DNA of 64,000 bases. Source: Lingula anatina (taxonomy: Eukaryota > Animalia > Brachiopoda). Shown here in pieces: positions 52,681 to 64,000 of this stretch. A model generated the notes under the pieces. The model was not told the DNA's origin. It did not search any database and saw only the letters and a program-made list of their open reading frames with translations. The first letter of the stretch is position 1, and each line of letters begins with the position of its first letter. Position numbers and translations under genes: made by a program. The stretch covers positions 54,786,788-54,850,787 of the forward strand of contig CM120640.1 in the NCBI GenBank assembly GCA_051362555.1, in the 5' to 3' direction.

Positions 52681-55600
52681 AAGATATGAATAGAGTTTTA
52701 TTTATTGTGATTTGATGATTTTATTTCCCGTGAACTGTGATCACTACTCTCCAATGGGACCCTCAAAAGGCAGTAAGTTAGGCCACCCAAAAATGCTTGC
52801 AAACACACAAAATTAAAAGACTAGTAAAACCAAATTGCTTTTCCTTTCGAAATCGAGACCCAAATTTATATGTATCAATGTCAAAACGATGGATTAAAAG
52901 CAATGACCAAACTTTTCCTTCGTTGCATAAGTTGCTAACTATACATTTTTATCTCAGGCAAATAATATATATATATATACCTAAAGAAATTGAATATTTC
53001 ATTGTTAGATATCATTTCAAAATTATATTAATGATAATGATAAGTCTGTGGTGGTGCGTTTTAAACGGAAACGGCACTTATTCCGATTTTTTATGATATT
53101 AAGTTTGATTTATTATCATAAGATACAGTTTAATTATTTGAGTTTCTTGCTTCACAAGACGTTCTTATGATAAACAAAAATATAGGCCTATGTCAGGGTT
53201 TATCTTATCATCGTCTCGTGTTGTGTTGGACTAGCAAATGCCTTTTGAAACATGTAACCATTGGCAGCAATACATATGATCAGAATGCTACGTATAAAAC
53301 TTAGCTTATGTATATAAACCTTAAACATACAACCTACCTTCATGGCCAGTAGTTTATTTCGCTCTCACTAAATAAAAGTCGTGTTTTAGGCTACTTTCAT
53401 TATATCCGCCAGTGTTTTATACAGTCCTTGGCACACCTGCTGGGAATGCAGACGCATGTTGCTCACCCCTAGATGGCCACTTGAAATACAAGATTATAAA
53501 ACCAGTTTAATTCCAATACCATAATAATGAATGCCATTGTGCGTTATCTGTGTATTTACTTATATCTGGGACACGGAGGTGAGATTTGGTAGGAAGCGAT
53601 ATGGGGAAAAAGCAGGGGAACGTTTAGTTTAGTGATCATTTCTCACATAAACGGTCATTTTTCACTCTTTTTAAAATTAAAATTCAAAAACAAATTAAAC
53701 AAAAAGAGATTAACCGTGAAAAATTCCATTAATACATTTTTATCAAGTTAAAATAAGTCTGAGTTTAACAAAATACAAAATCAAAACAAAAAATGCCTTT
53801 CTGGTCAATAGATAATCAAACCTTAAGAACGAAAGGAATTTGAACAAACATCTTTCTTACAAAGTAACTGATACTGTTATCTTAAGAGAAACTTGATTAA
53901 TTTCGAGAGTTTTCGTAAATTGTTGGTCGTTTGTGCTATTAATAAATCAGACTCATATTAGTATATCGACTTTTACGACGAGGTTCATTACATCGAAGTT
54001 ATGTTACTGCCGGGTGCCACTGCCGCTGTGTTTTATAATGTAAGATTTACTAGCCATTTTCAACTAAATCATGCAACGTAAGAATAACCTTGAATGGAAA
54101 TATGACAATAATTTTAAAACTTATCCCACTGAATTGACTTCTAAATTTGGCGTTTTTGTTCGCAAGAGAAAATTATGATGTTGTGCGACCCAACATGTGT
54201 TACACTGTACTCAAAAGAGAGTTGAGCAAATTGCCATATATAATACTTGACCTTACCGGTATAGGCCCACAGCTACGGTGCGATACAGCCTATGTAACAG
54301 AACAACCACCATGTAAGAGAATAACCATAACAAAACCGGTTTTTAGGATCACATACCATATGAATCAAATTCTTGAGGTCTGAATTTTAGTCCCAATCTT
54401 TTCTTTAAATTTTCTTTTACGTTATACATATTTGTATGTGTAGATAGGAATGCCTTTCCAATATACAACTTTAGGTAAAGCTTTGATTTTTACAATATTG
54501 AAGGTTTGCCAAATCCTTATTATTATATAAGGGTATAAAATAAAACTGACCCAGTGTCGAAGCTATACTTCTCATGAAAATGATATGCACTGCCTTGTGT
54601 GTGGAATCAAATAACATAAAGGAGTTGAGGAATGTTTGAATGTTCAGGTTTTTCTTTTCGTGGCGTATAATTGCAAAATAATGTTATCCATATCAAGGCC
54701 AGTGAAATTTGTAACAATCCAAATATTTTAACTAGCATGCAGATCTGTTACGATTTAACCTAAACTTAAGGCCTCACTCAGGTAATAAACACTGCCAAGA
54801 ATATCTGGAAAGTTGCTTCAATTCGAAGCGTTGTTAGTAAAGAAGCGTAATTTCAAGATGAAATCCGTTTTTATGCAGTCGGGCCTTGTCGTCTTTAAAA
54901 TAAAAGTTTTCGATCTCAGGTATACACTTGACTTAGTGTGATGGTCTTTGTAAGACCTCACCAGAAGGGTCTGATCTCGACCGAGAATTGACATGACGGC
55001 GACATGACCTCGCACGTGTTTTATCCAAAACTATTTTCGTTAATTTTTTACTAATGAAATCTATGGATATAGGCTACTCACTGGAATCACTCTGATAAAT
55101 TCTTGGAACCCGTGCCGTCTGTATGTTAGCGTCTCCCTGACGAAATCATGCTTAACTTGTTGGTCCACGGTGTCCAAGTTTAGGCAAACACGGGACGACA
55201 ATGATATAACCCAAGCACTTACTATTCGTGATTCATTGCGAGTCAGGCCTGCTGTTGGTAGACAAACAATTTGTTTCTGCGTGCGTTTCACGCCTTAATG
55301 AAGACTGGACCCTTAAATACCATATATAACCTTTACCAACATTTTCAAAGACATGGAATTCAACTTATGAACCCTTTTGAACTTTTTCGGTAATTCGTGC
55401 TGAGGTTTTAGAAACTGTTCATTTAAGGGAGGGGGGGGGGGTGAAAGAAAACTGACTTGATATTTTAGGGACTGAAAGGAATGAACTAGATAGAAAGTGT
55501 AGATTTACATTTAACTAATTAATTTACATCTAAAACTATACAATTTCAGTTCCATGTTGCCCGTAACTGAGATCTCTCGGGTCTGTTCAGCTTTTTAGAT

Positions 55601-57253
55601 GGATCATGGCCACTGGTACCAAGTCCATTTACATGCCTGTTACAACCGAGTCCGTCTCTTCACGTGAGTTTTGTTTGTGGTGTACTTACATTTTAATACA
55701 GTGGAAATTGAGCGTTTGTTTAAACAGCTTTCAATGTCAGGAATGTAGATTTTGTTTTCTGTGCAAATATACTTCAGCAACCGTAAAAAACCTTACATGC
55801 AATATTACATGTTGAACCATTAATAAAAAAAGAGACTTCATTTACAATAATGAATTTTAGTTAGCAAGGTTATTTACTTTAATGTAGGAGTGTAAACAAA
55901 ATACAGTAGGAAAAACAGAAAAAAAGGTGAAAACTGTGTACGCATTGTATTTTCCCCTTATTTGTGGGCTCTAAGCGTTCATACAATAAACCCCCATTAA
56001 CCCAGGGTGATAAACGGACAAACTGTGTACGCATTGTATTTTGTTGTACTTTGATATTCTGTTAAAACTTTTAAAACATCCATTAGATGAGTCGTTATGT
56101 ACACTAGGCGTTTTTACTGCACGCTGCATTTGAGAACACATAGGACACTTAACACATTGAGTCCTACGGCAATGAAAAAATTACACTTAATTTTTTTTTA
56201 GTTTACACGTGTAATCAAACACACGAACGATGTCGTCAATAACATAGTAAAATCTGCTCTGGCATTTCTATATTTGATAATGAGCTCGAGAAAAAATGCC
56301 TCTTATTATTTCTATAGTCATTTATCACAAGGTTTTCAAATTAAGCATGTTGAAGGCCTGTTCATACAGGTGTAGATGGGTCAAACAAGTTTGGTAAGAC
56401 CAGTCCCAAAACAAAAGACTCTTTTACAATCAGCTTACTCTAGAAACCCAATCTAACAGTATGCCAATCATCCGAATTTCAATAACTTCTAGACACTGCA
56501 CACATACGTATGTCAAGGGAACTTCTACGTCTGTCCATTATGGTGTTTTTATAAGTTGCATGACAGAGCTAACTGTACTGCTGAGATCGAAGTTTTAACG
56601 GTCAAGCGAAGATAAAGTACTTTTTGCGACTGCAACAGGACCTTAAACAGTCACAACATAGTAAAAACAAGTAGAATTCGTAGCAGTAGTGAGAGTCCAC
56701 TACCCTAAATAAAGGGAATCGTGAATTAGTTTTTTAATACATGAAATTAATAGAAATAAAAAACGCTAAAATTTCATGATTAGATAAAAATAGAAGAACA
56801 AAAGGGAAACGGTGAATCCACTCTTTATTTCACCTTCATCAATTAATATTATACAGGGCAAAATAAGTAACATTTTCTACATAAGTTAAAATAAAACAAA
56901 AAGATATTAAGTAAAAAAAATATGGCTAACATTTATACATTAAAATAAAAAAACACACACACACACAGATAAGTGCAAATAATCTCAATTTTTTCCATAA
57001 TTTTCACTATTAACAATTTGCAGATTAACAAGTTTTGCACATTACTCTACGTGTTTCGTTGAGATTCTCAGTTGAGTATGAGATCAACAATATATTGCCA
57101 ACAGCACAATTAAGCAAGGTCACTAAGACAAAGACATTATTGTCTAGAAAAAATGGGCAAATCTATCATATACCAAATTTTAACTGATTATAACAAGTAT
57201 CAGATTTGGATATATTTGGAATAATATTATAATTGCTTAGCTCAAAAATATTA

Positions 57254-57510
57254 GGCTCCGTTCACATGGAAAATCTGTTTTCTAAAAATCTAAAAATCTA
57301 TTTGCGGTTTCTTGTGATCACAGTCTGTGCCCTGAATACCCCACGGTGTAATTAGTGGCAGCGCCGAGAATTAATTACAGTTTTGGAAGTAACTGGCTCT
57401 CGCTGCCCATAATTACACTGTGGGATATTCAGGGCACAGACTGTGATCACAAGATACCGCAAATATATTTTTAGATTTTTAGAAAATAGATTTTTCATGT
57501 GAACGCAGCC
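57254..57510. mobile_element. 257-bp hairpin MITE, PIF/Harbinger (Tourist)-like
   Basis: About 110-bp near-perfect inverted arms, GGC...GCC ends, 3-bp TTA TSD (57251-57253, 57511-57513). Confidence 0.9.
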
Positions 57511-57881
57511 TTAGTCACTGCAGAGACTCATACATCTTTTACATAATCTTAAACTAAAATGTGACTAAAGCAGTTTATAATTTTAACTTTTAATTCAAAC
57601 TGTGTATTTTCTGAATATCTAATCAGTGTTCATCAGTGTTGATAAGTAGAGTTTAAATAGCAACATTTTGGAATCAGAGATTATACTGCAGTGTAATAAA
57701 GTGTAAGATGTGTAATACTTGTTTTATGCAGAACAAAATAAGTTATGATATTTGATAGAAACTGTCACCAGATTGTTGAAACCTCAAAATAATAATAATA
57801 TATTAACAATAGTTTTAAAAAAGCTATGAATTGAATGATGATGTACTTAGATTACTGGCATGTTGAATGATACTACTTTAA

Positions 57882-60074
57882 AACTAGAGGATCAGAGAGG
57901 CGATACCGCCTCCGAATATTGTACCACCAGCTGGAGCAAGCGCATTCATATAGACCCCCACATATACAAAATAAGGAACACAGCCACCAGTCTTGTGCTT
58001 GACAAGCTGTAAAAATGCAATCAACAAGAATTTTCAAAATATGCAAAAAATATATATATTACTAAAAATGGTACAATCAAAGTTAAGTTCATCGCAAGGT
58101 AGGTCAAAGGTCAATTCCAAGGTCACAGTAAATTGCCAGTATATGACTTCCTATTCAACTTCAATAGTAACTATGGGCCTATCTCTGCCAGGTTTGGAGT
58201 TAAAAGAGAAAGAAATTAGCAGAGTTCAGTTCATGATAATAAGTAGGTCAAAGGTCAATTTCAAGGTCACACTTAGATTGCCAGTATATGACTTCCTATT
58301 CACGTTCAATAGAAACTATGGACCTATCTCTGCCAGTTTTGGAGATAAAGGGGAAGCAAACTATGCAAAGTTCAGTTCATGGTGAAAAGTAGGTCAAAGG
58401 TCAATTTTAAGGTCACATTTAGATTGCCAGTATATGACTTCCTATTCAACTTCAATAGTAACTATGGACCTATCTCTGCCAGTTTTGGAGATAAAAGGGA
58501 AGCAAAATTTGCAAAGTTCAGTTCATGGTGAAAAGTAGGTCAAAGGTCAATTTTAAGGTCACATTTAGATTGCCAGTATATGACTTCCTATTCAAGTTCA
58601 ATAGAAACTATGGACCTATCTCTGCCAGTTTTGGAGATAAAAGGAAGCAAAATTTGCAAAGTTCAGTTCATGGTGAAAAGTAGGTCAAAGGTCAATTTTA
58701 AGGTCACATTTAGATTGCCAGTATATGACTTCCTATTCAAGTTCAATAGTAACTATGGACCTATCTCTGCCAGTTTTGGAGATAAAAGGGAAGCAAAATT
58801 TGCAAAGTTCAGTTCATGGTGAAAAGTAGGTCAAAGGTCAATTTTAAGGTCACATTTAGATTGCCAGTATATGACTTCCTATTCAAGTTCAATAGAAACT
58901 ATGGACCTATCTCTGCCAGTTTTGGAGATAAAAAGGAAGCAAAATTTGCAAAGTTCAGTTCATGGTGAAAAGTAGGTCAAAGGTCAATTTTAAGGTCACA
59001 TTTAGATTGCCAGTGTATGACTTCCTATTCAAGTTCAATAGTAACTATGGACCTATCTCTGCCAGTTTTGGAGATATAAGGGACTAAATGTTATAATTTT
59101 GGAGTTACCATAATGTGCCATAAATTTCCTACAAAAAAAATTAATTAAAATAAAGAAAAGGTCATTTTGGTCAAAATTCTTGAAATGGGAGGTGCTCTGA
59201 AGTTCCAGATGTTCAAATTTGATGAAATAATGTCATTTTTGACCACAAGTTGTCTGCTTTGCCAAGCCTTATGTTTTATTTTTCCGGAGTTCAAAATTTA
59301 TTATCCATTATCGTACTGCACATTTTGCTTTCACCACCAATATGTACTTTTTGATACAGCGTAACTCGAAAACCGTATGGAATACAAAAAAACGGAGACC
59401 ACCTCCAGTGTTGGGCTTTACATGCTCTACAAAATGCAAAAAAGAATGGGTGTCTAGCATTAACGGTTCCCGAATTAGAGACAGTTTTCAGTTTCGATAT
59501 CTTATGCCCGCTACTCCCGTGAAAATGCACCGATTGACCCCAAATTCACGGAGATGAAAGATGACCTGAAGGGTAACACTTTCCATTAATATTATTAGTT
59601 AAGTCTGTGTGGTGTCTGAATAAGACCGCAAATAATTTTTTTTTCGGCAAAAATTTTGTTTTTTTGAAAATTTTGGCCCGTTTGACCTTAAAATAAAGGT
59701 CAAAGGTCAAATCCAAGGGCATATTTGAAATCTACACATATGACTTTTGGAAAGCTGTCTGTAGAAATTTTTCCCATAATTCCTTCTGTAGGGGAGATAA
59801 TTAGCATTTCATTTTGCCATTTTTGGACAAGGGTGCATTGCAATGAGTGCCACACCTAGACCCCAATACCGACAAAGCCCAAATTTTACGTGGAACGAGT
59901 TGAGATTATAGGTGACCTAAATCCAAGAGATGGGTATGGAGGCCCTTACCGTCTAGGAGGAGAAGCGGTAACGGTGACTTGGCGGCGGAGCCGCAGGAGC
60001 CGGCGGAGCCGGCGGAACATACGGGTTGGGACTAAAACCATGTGTACCGCCAGCGCCTACGCTGGTGGTACAAT
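57882..60074. mobile_element. Non-autonomous Helentron/HINE-like element, copy 2, with an expanded internal tandem array
   Basis: Same termini, subterminal IR and hairpin as 14831-16118. Confidence 0.85.
58097..59081. repeat. Tandem array of an about 146-bp unit, about 6.7 copies
   Basis: AGGTCAAAGGTCAA recurs at 58101, 58245, 58391, 58537, 58682, 58828 and 58974. Confidence 0.97.
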
Positions 60075-60341
60075 TACTCTAAAATTATATTACATATTTT
60101 TCATTTAGCACCTATACAGAGTACTGTTTAAGATCAATTTTAACAGATTTTTTTTTTACTTTGGAATTCAAATTATCACACTTACTTGTCTCATCTAATA
60201 ACGACATAGTACTTATTTACCACATCTTTAATATAGCTCACGTGTTGCCTTTTGAAAATACTGTCCAGCAATATTCTCATTATACATCTCTAAACAAAAC
60301 AAATGGAATGAGAGAACAGTTTCATTAGCTCTGCATGTATC

Positions 60342-60874
60342 AATTTAAATTATTGTTTTTCTTTTTATCTAGAGCTTATAAAATATGTGGGTATTACCTC
60401 CAATATTTCTGTGACTGTCAGTCACCATCATCGGGGAGTAAATGACTAGGGTCATTTCACCTGGAATGAAAATCCAGGTCAATTGCCCCTAATCACTGGC
60501 CTTGTGTTGTAACTGTTACATCCTCCCCACGGGACTCCTCTACATCCCTCTGGAGCACCGTGAGGTAGATAGCTGGTAGATCATATCCCCCCTGTCTGTT
60601 CAGGTCTGGTTGTTTGGTCCTGATGTGTACAGCTTCTGCTATTTTTCTTTGGAATGTCCAGTTTTCCCTGTCTATTACCTTCAGGCTGTCAAAATCAATG
60701 TGGTGACCTGGATGTTTGCAGGTATGTTCTCCAAGGGCTGATTTCCAGTTGTTTTTGGCCACTGAGTCTTTGTGTTCTTTCATACTTGTGGCTAATGACA
60801 GTCACAGAAATATTGGAGGTAATACCCACATATTTTATAAGCTCTTGATAAAAAGAAAAACAATAATTTAAATT
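60342..60874 (-). mobile_element. 5'-truncated Penelope-like retroelement remnant (GIY-YIG endonuclease C-terminal part) bounded by an inverted repeat
   Basis: ORF 60493-60783, MKEH...SALGEH...GHHIDFD..KVIDRE....RKIAEAVHIR...LNRQGG, fits the Penelope endonuclease tail. Inverted arms 60342-60420 / 60796-60874 include a 50-bp perfect core. Confidence 0.85.
60393..60441 (-). ncRNA. Minimal type I hammerhead ribozyme motif in the Penelope pseudo-LTR
   Basis: Minus strand reads TTACTCC-CCGATGA-TG-GTGACT-GAC-AGTCAC-A-GAAA-TAT-T-GGAGGTAA. Stem I CTCC/GGAG, stem II GTGACT/AGTCAC, palindromic ATAT stem III; core CUGA changed to CCGA. Confidence 0.65.
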
Positions 60875-61658
60875 TAAAAAAAACAAATGGAATTATTAAA
60901 TCTGCCCTAGTAAAATGTGTCAACTCTTACATCTAAATACTCATATCCACAAATTCAAAACCCAGCACAACATAGATTTATACAATCATCTGTAACTTCA
61001 AAGAAATACCACGGAGGAGAACTTTGTCTGTCAGTGTTGAGGTGGTTTCTTGAACTGATTTATTCATAGGCTTAATTAAGGAGGCCAAGTCATATCTAAG
61101 GAATATCATTTTTGTCATAGGAATTTCATTCTTACATATTCAAAACTTGGAATATCATTGCTGATTGGGCTTATTGTTTAGAAAAAAAAAAGAGGGTCAG
61201 GTACCATAATTTTTTGAGGGAGTGTCTCATACCTGTAGCATTCCAGCAATCAATCTAACATAACGAAATATGGAAAATTTGAAAAAAAAATTGTTACACT
61301 GGATCCTTTCCATTGTTTATATAGGACCATTTCCTTCAAAAAGCAATACTACTTGTTGTGGGGTGTTACATTATTTGTTTCAACTATTAGTTGTCATCCA
61401 TGTATAAATAAACAAGAAATGGTTAAAATAAAGTTGATCATCTTATTGGATTTAAAAATACAGGGGCAGATGGTGTCCAAAAAGTGATACTGAAAGTTCC
61501 ATTTTATTCATATCTAAATTAAGTAATTTTTTGTTACATACGGTAATGTTTGTAACAAAAAAGACTTCTAAAATCAGGTATGAGGTGTTATGCTATGCAA
61601 AATTACTTGAAGATCTCATGAAATCAAATTAAACTTGACCTCCTTGATTGTCATGAAT

Positions 61659-63739
61659 TCATGTAGATTTTTTCTTAGCTTCTTCCCTTTCTGTGACATC
61701 TATGGCAGCAACATTGAGGGAAGCAGCATATAATTGTACCAAGCTGATAACAGTCTTCATAACAGCAACAGGAGCACAGAGCACACACAGCGAGGTCCAC
61801 AGACTCAAAGAGATGATGGGCACTAAGAATACAAACAAACAAATAAATAATATACACATATATAATATGTTGTTTGCATCCATTTTCAATGAACATTTAA
61901 GATCAATGTAAAGGAAATCTTGAAGTAAGGCTATCTTTATAAATTATATAATTTTATCAGTAATACTCACATTTGGGCCCTGCAGTGAAGTGAATCAGAT
62001 AGAGTGTACCAAAGAACAATTCATTACCAGCACACATGAGAAAAAGGATGATCTGAAAAAGCAAAATAATGTTCTGAAAAAAAGTGTTATGTGAAACCTT
62101 TTTCAACTAGAGAAATATGCTTTACATGACTCATTCCTTTAAACACATCAAATAAATAGAAATTCATAAATAAAACAATAAGCATATATTTAAATAAATA
62201 AATACATAAATATATGTTGGCAATTGCCATACTGTAATGCAACAGTCTAGATCACCAAATAGGAGACTTGCATGCCAAGAAACTGCCAATAAAACTACCA
62301 GATATAATGTTAGGAAGATATTCCAAAGGCAGAGATCAAGACATATTCCTAATGAAGAAGAAGAAGAAAAAAAAAAAACAGAGCAGTATGCAAAGGTGCT
62401 AAAGACTGTGTAAGCTAAGACCTCATTCCCATAGATATTTAGATCGATCTATCCCCTTGGGGAGTCTCACTAGATTGGTCTCAGCTTATCAGGCTTAAAT
62501 GTCTGTCCCGCCTACTAAAAGTTGTAAGGGGGTAATTAACTATGGTGCGCTCTGAGCTGACAGCAATTTAGTGTGAACCCCCAGGGAGTAAGGTCGATCC
62601 AGATGGATCGATCTAAATCTCTGAGAATGCAGTCTAAGTGATAATGTCTAAAACTGTGAAAAGCTTCATTGTTGGATCTGTCATTTTGTTTTACTTAGGA
62701 GCAAAGGAGCTGGAGTCTGCCTTGAACACAACTTGATCAATGGTGTTCGAGACCTATCCTTACCCTGTTGGTATAGTAGTGTTTCAGGATTGGGTTGCCC
62801 TCAAGATCTATCACCTTATGGCTAGAGCTTCCTTTCATAGCAGAACTGCAATAGCAAAAATAATTTACTAGTAAATGTCTTTCAATTTCTCATTTATTTA
62901 AATAAAAACATTATATGTCTATTTTGCAGGTCTTTGGGTAACACAGTTCAAGGATAGAAAAAGGACTAAAACACTATTACAGGTACATAATGCCAAGAAA
63001 ACTGTGACAAATAAATTAGTAATTGTTTTCCAGAGTATGTAACCACTAAAACAATGTGGTTTTATTTCAGGTTTTCTATAGAGTTATAAACAAGTAATTC
63101 TGAATATGTACAGGACATTCTTATGCAAACAAAACTTACACCCAAGTATGCATCCAGTGACTGACAATATCAACACATAAGTTGAACATCAAGACAATGG
63201 TATACTTTGGATAAAACTGACATAGCACTATAATCAGGCACATTGTGCCACATCTGTCTGTTAGCATGTCCAGCATAGCACCAAATTTTGTACCTGGAAA
63301 AAAAGATATATTTAGCAGACAACTCACACAAAGAGCATGCTCCTTGAATGTTTCTTCATTCTGACACTTATTTTGATCTATTCACATTATGATCTTATAC
63401 AGTATCTCTTAAAATATCTTCATGTCACTTAAATCAATTCTACCATGCAAATAAAAAAGACTGTTAGTACGGCAGTCCATGATAAACCATATTATGTTAA
63501 GATTATAATTATTATAATTATTCAACAGACCTACTGTATGCATAATCTTACTTAAATTGTTGTTATCATAAGTACACAGAAATAAGTTCCAGAAGCATAC
63601 GTACCTTGGCCAAGATACCTTGCAGCATGCCCATCAATGGCATCAAGTCCACTACTCAACATATAACAAGTTATTGCAGTCACATGATCAAAAGGCATGA
63701 AATAGAATGATGCAAATGCCAGGAGTATTCTTGCATAAC
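61659..63739 (-). CDS. CDIPT: CDP-diacylglycerol--inositol 3-phosphatidyltransferase (PI synthase), 5' partial. Exons 63605-63739, 63140-63293, 62764-62845, 61971-62052, 61659-61822
   Basis: CDP-alcohol phosphatidyltransferase motif LDAIDGHAARYLGQGTKFGAMLDMLTDR, plus GYARI, SHWMH, SHKVIDLEGNPILKHYY and CAGNELF. All introns GT-AG and in phase. The first exon lies outside the window. Confidence 0.95.
62419..62634. mobile_element. Harbinger-like MITE in a CDIPT intron
   Basis: Imperfect TIR GACCTCATTCCCATAGATATTTAGATCGATC / GATCGATCTAAATCTCTGAGAATGCAGTC; TAA TSD. Confidence 0.75.
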
Positions 63740-63936
63740 CTAAAAAAGAAGGTTTGTGTAGGTAATACAGCATATAGGAACTGTAAATGAATACAAACCA
63801 TTAAAATGATTTTTGTCAAATAAAGGAAAGCCAGGAGTATTCTTGCATAACCTAAAAAAGAAGGTTTGTGTAGGTAATACAGCATATAGGAACTGTAAAT
63901 GAATACAAACCATTAAAATGATTTTTGTCAAATAAA
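63718..63936. repeat. 112-bp-period tandem duplication across a CDIPT intron/exon boundary
   Basis: 63718-63824 is identical to 63830-63936, separated by GGAAA. Confidence 0.95.
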
Positions 63937-64000
63937 ACATCTGAGCAGAAGAAAATGTTACTTAAGAAATCATTAAGAGTGGCTGACTGGTAATAAAGGA

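Noticed and set aside
53900-56700. CpG-rich intergenic block as a gene or intact transposon
   Set aside because: I found no matching terminal repeats, TSDs or credible ORFs; probably decayed repeats.
58097-59081. Regular repeat array as a CRISPR locus; ORFs 57993-58385 and 58580-58822
   Set aside because: Units are contiguous with no unique spacers, there are no cas genes and the context is eukaryotic. The ORFs are by-products of the repeat.
60796-60845. KYVGITS as the YIG motif of the Penelope endonuclease
   Set aside because: It is out of frame with the ORF and lies in the inverted pseudo-LTR arm, so it is probably coincidental.

Overview
AT-rich, intron-rich animal genomic DNA. Its repeat families and mosaic CpG depletion suggest an invertebrate, probably a deuterostome or echinoderm (inference). 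I reconstructed three minus-strand genes by hand from GT-AG sites and reading frame: (1) an unrecognised 333-aa coiled-coil gene (7650-10908, 6 coding exons); (2) a 21-exon KIF12 kinesin (13781-52180, about 897 aa); (3) the 3' part of phosphatidylinositol synthase CDIPT (61659-63739). The main surprise is in KIF12. Two giant intronic ORFs each end in a strong GTAAG donor in the phase needed to join the next KIF12 exon. One (44559-45829) gives an alternative N-terminus of about 423 aa. The other (25093-26905) lies inside the motor domain and would give a P-loop-less half-motor isoform of about 1251 aa with PP1-docking-like motifs. Other highlights: a Penelope remnant with a minimal hammerhead ribozyme on the CDIPT sense strand; a duplicated out-of-frame splice acceptor in CDIPT; a Helentron-type element whose 146-bp internal unit is expanded into a tandem array; and nested DNA transposons whose target-site duplications (TSDs) can be checked against paralogous empty sites. 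No database searches or alignments were run.
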